This document shows, in pieces, positions 54,058-64,000 of a stretch of 64,000 nucleotides of DNA. The position numbers and the translations under genes were made by a program. The DNA is from Fimbriosthenelais zetlandica. Taxonomy: Eukaryota. The stretch's first letter is position 1. The number at the start of each line of letters is the position of its first letter. The stretch spans positions 26,846,001 through 26,910,000 of the forward strand of contig OZ365110.1 of assembly GCA_977030845.1 (NCBI GenBank), written 5' to 3'. The notes below the pieces were generated by a model. That model had not been told where the DNA came from. It saw only the letters and a list, made by a program, of their open reading frames with translations, and made no database searches.

Positions 54058-56372
54058 GTGAGTACTGGCCGTTATTGCCTATAATAATTATTAACATCTT
54101 TATGATAAAAGCTTCCTGGTTACTCATACCATACGGAAGCTTTTATAGCACTCATCTCGTCTGCTGCTAAATATAACTCTCTCTACTAACGCTAGATGTC
54201 CTCACGGTGCTTTCGTTTGGTTTGGGGGGCCTCTACATGTACTTGCTTGTGATGCTCTGTGGGGTTATGGTCTTGCAGGGTAGGGAGAATGCTTTCCCCT
54301 TGTTTTCAGGAAAAGTCAGGGTATCCCATTTTGAAAAAAGGCCCCAAATCAGGGAAAATATGAGATAATCTAATGAGATGATCCATTGAATTGGAAAATT
54401 TATCAGGAATAATATAAGGGAAGTTTGCTTTCATAAAATGCTGGGAAACTTTCCTTGCCTCTCTCTCTCTATTTTTGTGATGGCATATATATGCTCAGTT
54501 GTGTTGGTCATCTTGACTGGTACCCATCTTCTTCTAAGCTGTATGTCAAATGCATGTGAACTGGACAAGATCACTTCCTTTTAGGATTCTCACTTTTTCA
54601 GTATCCCGTGTTGTCATTGTGGGATTTTGCCTACATCAGGATAATATAATTATGATGATTCCATTAAATATTCGATATGAGATAGGGTCACCCCTATCTA
54701 TTCCCTACCAGTACTCTTATTATCGGTTAACTCTTATTGGTTGCCCATCGAACAACTATGAGACAGGCTGATTTAACATTTTCCAAGAAGGACGTCCTGT
54801 ATTGGGACGGAGGTGGACTTCCCCTTGGCAGGCTCAACGCCATCATATTATTGGCCTGATTAATTAATGGTACCGGTATATGTAATAATTATTGAGGTAC
54901 CAATTATTTCCTGTTTTTCCTCACACCTTCCCTGTACAATAAATCATTGATCCGTTCACTCCCCAACCTTCATACATGTAAAAATTCTCTCCCCCTCCAT
55001 CTCTGTTCCCCTATCTCTGTTCCATCATTGTTCCCCTATCAGTGTCCTGATTTTTGGGGCCTGACAAGCTGAGCTAGAAAACATTATTTCCTTCCCGAGA
55101 CTATTAGAGATTTGCTTTGAATTTTCTTCCATACACACCAATGCATATTAATCTATACTAACATTTGTATATATGTCCAGTGAGTCGTGAAACTCCATCC
55201 ATTCATGCTAGCTTCTCAAGACATAAGCTCTAACCAAATCCCTCAAGTCTTCTACATATATATGGGTGGGGGTATGGTGGTCTACATTTATGATACTTTT
55301 CCATGGGGAAAACCTACGGAATCTAGCCGCCCAACAATAAAACCTGGCCACATTGTTAGGAATGGCCCTTAATTGACACCAGTCTCAACGTATCCAAAGG
55401 CATGGAGAAGTGATGAATGATTAATCCAGGCGAGGACTTGATTAAAGCTACAACTGGCTCCCTTCTCATATATTACTCATGCCTTTCCCTCCTCCTCTGG
55501 GGCCCTCTCTAGGCTTGCTTCAGGCATTGTCTTCCTTTTAATTTTATCACAGACGTTTGACAAATTTGTGGCTGTAACCTTGAAGTTAGGCATTGAAAAT
55601 CAGATGCATATTAATGTGTTGGAGATGAGGTCTCCTCTCACCTTCCTCCCTCCCACCTCCTCTCTCAAGCCTGCAATTAAAGCAGCGTCTATTAGACCTG
55701 TGTGGAACCTCAAGCCCATTGTTTGTTACCTGAGAAGGTATTTACTACCACTCATCTCCAGTAAGCAATGGAGGCAAGTGATGTAAACAGGAGGATGTAT
55801 AGTATGTGTAGTGTATGTATGTGTGTGTATTGGGTGGTGGTGGTGAGGTACACACAGACAGACACTCACTCTCCACACTCTCCTCTCCCCGAGTGTCAGA
55901 CCCTTATACAGCTGCTGCCACCCCTTTAATAACACACCGATGGTATCGTCCGCCCACCCTCAGCCTTGTGTGGGCAGCTGGATTGTGTTATATTAAGGGG
56001 AGGTGGGTGTGTCTCTTTAGTAAGGGAACCTCAGCCTATCTCCTACTGTCAGTGTCGGAGAGGTTGGGAAGGTAGCATATATTCCTCCCAGATTTAAAAC
56101 ACTCGTCGAGGGGAGGAGCAGCACTCGTGGATTTAATCCTCGTGGAATTTACACAAGGTTTACTCGGTGTGTACTGGAGTAGTGACCCCAGGAGTGGAAT
56201 AAGCAGGACCTGGGGTTATTTCTTCACGGTCACGTTTTAGCTATGGCAGCCAGGTTGGTCCAGTCTGCAATATGACGGCTGTAGGAAAGCCATGGAATCT
56301 ATACACACCACCCCACCACAACAACAACATTCACATCGGACGGGAGTAATACTCAATCTATAGCCACCCACA

Positions 56373-56397
56373 ATGGGCTCTGCCTGTTTATCTAAAG
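56373..56397 (+). CDS. Candidate internal first coding exon MGSACLSK
   Basis: cacaATGG context, donor AAG|gtatgc in phase 1. Gly2 plus Cys5 resembles an acylation signal. Confidence 0.4.
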
Positions 56398-59300
56398 GTA
56401 TGCTTTTACCAATAATACAAATAAACCGATGGGCGGGGCTGTTGGGGAAGGATACATGTTACATTCTTATAGGACGGCAACACATTTCACCTCCAGGACG
56501 AGGAGGAGGAGGTGGGAGGAGGAGGGAAGGCCCCAGTGTAGGCTTGTTGTTGAAGGGAAGTACAGCCATCTCTCCCCAGATGTCCTCCCCCTGTCTTCTC
56601 CCATCACAGCCTGTCTTATTCACATAATAATCAGATAATCTGTCCTACATCTATCCTCCCCATCCCCGAGGAAGGACCAATCTCTGACCCCCAGTCTAGA
56701 CTCTAGCATTTACATGAAATGCCCCCAAAACATGCCCTACATTCCATCGTCCTACATCACCAATGACCCTTCTCCTCCTCCTCCCTCCTATCTTGTGAAT
56801 TTAGACATATTCTGTGAAACACTCCATTATGTGCAAGAAACCATATAACCTTTACTAATGTGACTGCGTATAGAGTCTGTATGCTTTATACTGATGGCCC
56901 ACACTTAGGGCCTAAAATACATCCATTAATACATTGTATGGCCGACCTACCCCAGAGAGCCTGGTACCTGATGTGTATTCAAAATACACTGATTTTGTAT
57001 TCAAGTCTCGCTGAACCAAGCCCCCCTTCTTTCTCTCTCCTCCTCTTCTCAAGGGGAATTCTATTGGAATCTTGCTGGTTAGAATGAATGACCCATATAA
57101 AAGTACATATTGTCCCTCACCTCTACCTCTAACTATTTATAGCATAGGTAAATAGCGTGGGAACGTGGACAGGTGAGAAGGTAATGGTCAATTGATTGAA
57201 GTTAGGCTGAGGACAATCCAACCCTAGACTCCCCACTGCTGCTCTTCCCTTTCTTCTAGCTCAGATACTGTTTATTGCGTCAAACGCATACAATACATAA
57301 TTTGTGGCATACAATAGACACACCTAGGAGTCTTATACCCAATTAATGTGTAGGTAATACCAGTGTTGTAATGTTATGTCATCTCTGAAGGCCTTGTTTT
57401 ATGTCAGGCCTGGTAAAACACCCGTAAACTCTCCAAAATATAATCTTGGGATATAATTCCTTATATGCATCTTTCCTGGTACCCATATATTTGTTTAATA
57501 CACATGAATATATTGACCTACTGTTACAATAGATTCCTTGTGCTAAATCAGTGTCATCACTGTTTCAAAGTGGATAAAATACTGCTGCTTCTTGGAATTT
57601 CCATCAGAATGGCCCAAGGCATCTTCTATGAATATTGATATTAAATTAATTATGAATCAGACCCAGACAAGACGACCCATGACCAGTGGGGGTTAGTTCA
57701 AAAATGTTTTTAACAAAATATTCAAAATAGTATTAACATAAAATACTGCCAAGCTGGTCGCTGAGGATATATGTGACCTGTCAGACCTGTTCACCATACC
57801 GCTACGATACCACATGTTAAACTTAGAAATTTCTCCTCTTTTTCCGTCCCTTCTTCTCTCCTGTCTTTTTCTTTTTCTTCTGAGCGGTGGTCTCAGACTT
57901 ACCAAGTGTTCTAGTTCTTCCAGACCATGACCTATATGTATGTATATCTACGCCATAAACTTGATAAGTTCTTATATAAAAATTGAAACATTATCCATTA
58001 TATAATACTCAATAATCGCCTACATATTGGTAATGTCAACACAGGGGCAAAATGAGTTAGCAGTATATATTTCACAGCCTTCTTGTTGTTTTTGACCTCA
58101 CTCAACACGAGAACTTTACATTGCATTAAATGGAGATATTTAGTGTGTATCAAGGGGAAATCAAATTTATAGAATACAGTGAAATTATGCTTAAATAAGA
58201 TTCATTATCCGCAAGGGTTACATGTTGAGTATCTAGTAGGATTCTGTTAGTAAATCAATTACTAAGAACGTTGCTAAATTAAGGTCACTGTGTCCCGCAT
58301 TGTCACATATGCTCGTAGTGTAGAGTCCATAATTAACATTAATAAGGCTATGTACCGGGTATATGCAATAATTATATGGCAATGCCTGGATGGTTTTACC
58401 ACCTATGTGCCAGATGTATATATTTTATGTTCGTATATTATAGATGAAGAGGCCAAGATCATATTTACTTTACTGAGCATATCTGGGTGGAACTGGCCTA
58501 ATAATTTTTTTTATAGATTTTTTCCACCAGCAAATTATCTCAACAATTTTAAGTCTACGCTATTTTTGTGCATGTAAATATTTGATTATATGTACATGGT
58601 TCTTTACCGTCAATTAATCTTTTCTTTCTGTTTTAACACTAACAAATTGAGTTGATAGTCAGCACATTAAGTTAAATCGTGGTCAAGTCAGGTCAATGTA
58701 AACTCATCGACCACCTTTGGGGACACGACTGGTCGACTTGGCTCAATTTTGACTCCTGGAATACCGTATTCCTCCCTTAATGTACCTGTCTTCTAAAGGT
58801 ATAAAAGAGACTTGACTGTGTTGATCATTTTGACTTTTGGCATTAACTAAAGGCTAGTATTTAACTGTGAATCAATACTACTGATCTGTGATTACTCTGA
58901 GCTCAAATATAAGCCTTGCTAAGCCTGGCCCAAATAGAAATAATATGAGCCAAAGATTTCACTCTGACAAATACAGCATGCCAGTAGTTGGATCGTCCAT
59001 GGATCGTATATTGATATGATAAATCAATACCACAATAGGAAATGGGCTGACCCCTGGCCAAACCTTGCTGTAGATGTATAAACACGAGCATACAGCCCTT
59101 CTCTCATGGGAACTATTGGCTATAACCGCATCAGCTACTGTCATTGTTCAAGTCCACTGTCACATAGGCCTCCCTCATTGACATAGATTTAACCATTGTC
59201 TCTCAACTACTTATAATGCATGTGTTTAATTTGTCACAGTTCTGGCATGTTCAGTGATGCTAAAATATATATCGCCATTAATGAACACATTCATGTATAT

Positions 59301-60459
59301 TGATTATATTGGTGAAATAATAATATCAATATGTCCATATTATTCAGCTATATAATATGTTGTCAGTGGTGTAAGAAGTCTTGGTGGATACATAAGTAAG
59401 TAAAGATGATCATACATGACGTTCTCGTATATCTCAATGTGTGAGTCAGTGAACCTTATTATGTGAAAGTAGTTCACTGGATGGGAGCACATGTTGCAGC
59501 CTCATATTTCAGAAAACATCTAGTCAGTCCTGTCTGAAATTTCAGTGGGTAATTTCTAGTGAGAGGGAGTGTGAGTGAGCCAGTGGCCTGAATAGTCCCG
59601 TTCTTTATTAGCTTCATTTACACAAGCAGGTTGCAGTTTATCTGGTCTCACACAGGCACTGGAATCCCGTCATTTAGCCAGAAAAAATCAGAAATTCCAA
59701 ACTTGTTACTAGGCGCCTAATATTTTCAACGCGTCTGAGGGTATTTTCTGACTGGTCGAAAAAAATCCTTTCCATGCCATTCCATGCTGGCCTTCAATTA
59801 GCTCTAAGGCGGACTTTGTCTTAATTAGCTCGAGCTTTTGACATTTAACATGGGCGTCCCAATTACTCTAAGTGCACATTGTGCTCCCTGTTTATGACCA
59901 TATTCAAGTAGTAGTGGTGAGGTATGGGGCTTAGGGAGGCCTAAATATGGTTAAAAAGACTACTGGAAGAAATGTAATTTTATTTAGGTTTCAGTAATAC
60001 GGAAACTGTAACACTGTTACTGTAACTGTAAGATCTCAGGGATTTGGTGGGAATATTCTAAAGTGCTGCTGGATATTTTAGCAAGAAAACTGTTGGAAGA
60101 CAGGCTATTTGGATGTAATTCCTACTCAGAAATTTTAAACAGTGAAACTGAGATCTGGCTTTCTTGATCAACCAGATAGTCGTGGATGGATAGAGAGAGA
60201 GAGCATCAGTATTCATTACTCGTTAGATCCCAGCTTCTCACTCACCAGTCCTTGCTCCTCTCTTACCTAACTCTCCTAATGGTATTGAATCCTGGTGGAT
60301 TATTACACGATCCAATGCTGACCAAGCCAGTCTCCACCCCCTCCCCTAATCCTCAATGATACATTCCACACTGCTTTTCCTACCACTATCAACAGAGTGA
60401 CCTTGCTGCAGTAGTAGGCCTCAGACTTGTAATTGCTTCTCAGGTGGAAAATATCCATT

Positions 60460-60523
60460 ATGTCGGCAGAGCCTCAGGTAGCTGATTACCGTATTCCTAA
60501 TGATGAGAGCTCAGTTAACCCTG
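60460..60523 (+). CDS. Candidate internal first coding segment MSAEPQVADYRIPNDESSVNP
   Basis: Acceptor ttgcttctcag| at 60443, ATG at 60460, donor CTG|gtaaca in phase 1 (moderate strength). Confidence 0.22.
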
Positions 60524-61415
60524 GTAACATGAGTGGGAGGAATTGGTTGTGCGGGGTGGGGGTGGAGGGGGGGGGGGGGGGGGTGTTACGTGTCAGCATG
60601 GACTTTATACTTCATGACATGCTGGTACATATTGATACATTAGCTCAGGGTTACCAAGAGAAGATTTTAAATGTTTTCTAATGTAAATTATATCCAATGT
60701 AGTGTTCTGACTATTAAATATTAGGGAAAAGATTAATTTTGCGAACTAAATTCCATATTAGAAGAACTGTCTTGAACAGACATTTATATTAACCTACCCA
60801 TGAATACCCAAAATGGATAGGATATTGCCATCCCCAACATAAGCTTTTATAAATACATGTAATATGTACTTAATTGCTGTTAATTCTTGGTATTTTCCAC
60901 AGCAGCATAATTCATGATATGAAATTGTTTGTGGGAAGAAAATTGCATATGACTGTTATGTCAACAAAGAGGCCATTCATCTAAATCATATTCCACTTAG
61001 TATAATAGATGGTAGTGACAGAGATGGATTTGTGAGTTTTTACTATAAGCGGCCTCTAACCCGGCCAGGAAACCCACATTTTGGCCTTGCTACTCATTGC
61101 TCGTATCGTAGGCTAATCTACCCCCATATACATACACCCATAATATAGGGGTCAACAGTATTGCTTTTGTAAGATCTCCCTTAGTTGTCATTTCCACTTA
61201 GGTTTCGACTTTGAAATGTTACTACTTTGCTGTAAATCTAAAATAGTCTCTGAACTATATTTGTCCATGTTATATTAAAATAAATGGAATATTAAGTGTC
61301 GCACAAAAGGAAAATAAGATGAGCCCCCCACACACCTTTTTTCCACATGTTATTTTACTTAGTTCTATCTGTTTTACTCTCACAGGCACATGACATTAAT
61401 GAACCTCTTTCACAG

Positions 61416-61463
61416 AGCCTATGCCCCTTTTTTATCCCACCAATCCACACGGTCCGCGACCCA
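61416..61463 (+). CDS. Candidate PHACTR Pro-rich exon (PMPLFYPTNPHGPRP)
   Basis: Acceptor cctctttcacag|, donor CCA|gtaaga; 48 nt, phase 1-1, open. Pro-rich, as the PHACTR central region is. Confidence 0.42.
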
Positions 61464-64000
61464 GTAAGACCCCGGAAATGATCACCAATTACCTTTCTTT
61501 AAAGTCTCTGCATCTGTGAAATGAGGTCAAAATATTGCGTTCCCAATTATTCCATTCCATTATAAAAATCAGTTATATGTTTTAACACATTCACAAGAAA
61601 TGGAAATACTCCACAGATATATAAGTCCATTTTACATGCATTTCCCTTAGTTTAATTATAGTTTGATGACCAATACCCTAGTTACACATACCCAGCCTTC
61701 GTGTCCATGTTCTGCTTCAGTTCACACTAACTCGGTCACTTCTATTTGCCACCACTCTAACTTTCCCACCCAAACACCCTTCAATCTTTTCACTACGGCC
61801 AGACGGATATAGCCACCTATATTAAGGCTGAAAGTACTTTTATGTTCAACCAGGACTCAATTTAAAGGTTTTACCAAGGCTATAATTCCCACTTGTCCGG
61901 ATCAAGTTTCGTCTCAATAATTTAGTACTTTGTGGTCAGGAGTGCGCCCGTAAAATATACGTGAGAAGATTGTAAATTCTTACACAGGATAAAACAAACC
62001 AACAACCTAGATTTCTAATAACTCCTTAAAATATTTAACCCAATTTTTGAGTCTGATGAAATAGATGTAGCTATTTTAAATATTAAATCACGTTTTAAAT
62101 ATACCATACACAAAAAAACTTTTTTTTATTCTAAGAAAAATATTTGCTCTAGTGTTTGGATTTGTGAGATGTTAGCAGAGTAGACATTAATTTTATTGAT
62201 ATTCTGTGAAGCATTGACGAGTTAGTGTAGGAGAGCTGGTGGAATAGTGTTTAAACAACCTGTGTAGCACACACCACCAATGAAACCTGTTGCTTGCTTG
62301 GTCAACAAGTATTCAATACACTTCTAAGGAGCAAGCCAAGCCGCCCCCCCCCCCCCACCCCTCAACCCCTTCTTTTATACAGGCAGCTGTTCTGCACCAA
62401 CCCCCACCCCCACCCACTTCAACCCATCCCATGTTTTCTTACATAGGAAATGAAAATTGATGTTCCCCCTCCTCCTCCTCTCCTATTCTCTAGGATTCCT
62501 TATACCTATCCTGGGGGTATTTTCCCACAATACATCAAAAGCTTGGAGCACATCAATTACCCCGGCCTTCTCTCTACCCGAGGCCTCCTCTCACCTCCAG
62601 CAATGGAGAATAAAATCTCTTATACAAGACCATGTGGGGGTGGTATCGATTTGAGATGAACATTGAGACTGCCTATATTATGTACTAAATGGTGATATGA
62701 AGGTGATAATTATGACTAATCCAGTGTTAACATGCAACCTGTGTCATCTAAATCTGAGATCAAAAGTCTCCCTATGCCCCAAGGAGATACAAAAGATCAA
62801 TCGACAAACTTTTGTACTTTTTCTTTCAACATATTAGGTATCCATATTTCCAATCTCTTTTGGGATAGAAGTGCAGAGCTCTGGTTCCATGGAAAAGAAT
62901 TACTTTATTGTCATAACGTTCATATATATCTGAACATTATGTAAAATTTAGTGGTTATTTTTAGTGCTTGTAAATTCGCGTAGGCCATGTCCAAGGCCCA
63001 TATCTCAGCCACGAATGTTCTAGAATGACACACTGTAATAGCTTATATATGTTGCAAAGGCAATATATCTAAGCGACCTCCAGCAATATATATCTCAGAA
63101 CTGCTATGTTTTGCTTCTGATGGCTGGGAGGGGACGTGGAGATGAGGCCAAATTGGTGGAAAATGATGAGTATTTTTTTATGAGGAAATGATGCCTGGCT
63201 TGGCTCTGCTTCTCACTATGATGACATGATATAGCCAACTATGGAAAAGGTTGGTGGACAAGTTTACAAGTCAACTCAGCCCTGCTCCCTCATTTTGTAC
63301 CGGCTGCAGTTCTCCTTTTAACTCATTTTTGGAACCATATTTATGTTTTAGTAAGTGTCTCAGATTTAGAGAACAATTTCACAATGCAATGCAATGCAAA
63401 AGTAAGCCTAGATGCCCCACTGACTGAACGTACTGAAATAATAGGCAGAAATGGAGAATAAAACATTGACAGACAATTGATGAAACTTACAGTAGAATTA
63501 ATCATTCCTATCCTGCCACATATAAAACGTTTATTATGCCCAGGCATTTTGATAAATGGATAAATAGAAACCATCCTGTGAATATTTACCCTGTGGCAGT
63601 GGAATGGACGAGACAACCCTAATTTTTTCACCCACCTCCGCAAAGCTGAAATGATAATAATGATTGACATGCAATAAGGACATCTGTCTCACCCCCAGCG
63701 CCCCTACCGACCACTGGCTGAAGTACTTAGCTCTGGGACCATGATGGATGAATCTCCACGAAAGAGGGGAGATCTCGATCCTGTTTTGGTCAGCCTTTTT
63801 TCTCCTATTTTGGTCATAGGCCCAATTTCTTTAAAAGATTTATGGCCTGTCTCACGATATTATATTATCGGGTTTTCCCAACATTAATCTCCTAAAGTTA
63901 AAATTCATATATGAATTTCTTCCCTGTGTACAGTTAATATACCATACCACCCAGAATTAGTTGCACACTTTTTATAACACCAATTTCGTGGGATAGTTTA

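Larger units (their letters stand above)
811..61463 (+). other. PHACTR: PHACTR-family gene, 5' portion (multi-exon, large introns; 3' part outside window)
   Basis: Spliced chain 7803-7998, 27502-27567, 39196-39240, 52385-52552, 53054-53155, 54025-54057 has GT-AG boundaries, all phase 1, and is stop-free: MPSKLMNTLRRKKKKKK...DTAT-GKTPQYSTLPRPADKSDTAAKK-AEDEEYIVDPESLLR-DAQH...RFATLGKLFKPWKWKRRKKPSEKIEAKAV-ELERQMSLRTTREELINRGVLKDETIPSSISEES-NIVRNGRRPES. Span limits rest on lower-confidence exons. Confidence 0.9.

Noticed and set aside
55339-55370. IVRNG echo of microexon 54025 (15/18 nt, mismatches at third positions)
   Set aside because: No in-phase acceptor or donor, and a stop follows immediately. 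A match of this size is plausible by chance.
368-63670. Remaining ORFs in the supplied track
   Set aside because: Short, low-complexity or alternative-start ORFs with no recognisable domains, as expected in intronic DNA. No CRISPR array, rRNA or prokaryotic operon structure is present.

Overview
Eukaryotic, AT-rich, mostly intronic DNA, probably from a marine invertebrate (taxon cannot be fixed from sequence alone). The window holds the 5' part of one large + strand gene of the PHACTR (phosphatase and actin regulator) family. It is recognised from exons 52385-52552 (RFATLGKLFKPWKWKRRKK) and 53054-53155 (N-terminal RPEL motif, LERQMSLRTTREELINRGVL). Upstream and downstream of these lie small phase-1 symmetric exons and several candidate alternative first exons. 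A CpG-richer promoter at about 6.64-7.1 kb is preceded by a dense cluster of the palindrome TAGGCCTA. The most striking structure is a 5.56-kb foldback-type element (18632-24188) in an intron. Its ~1.7-kb inverted arms are built from four ~350-bp units in mirror order, each carrying an RFX-type X-box palindrome and nuclear-receptor-type motifs. The arms enclose a degenerate 21-bp minisatellite with an internal inversion. Also present are a full-length tRNA-derived SINE with a 13-bp TSD, an 86-bp TAG..CTA MITE with a 9-bp TSD plus two relatives, and a CAGGGG-ended MITE with a 6-bp direct repeat. Almost all ORFs in the supplied track look spurious. The C-terminal RPEL/PP1-binding part of the gene was not found and is presumably beyond the window.
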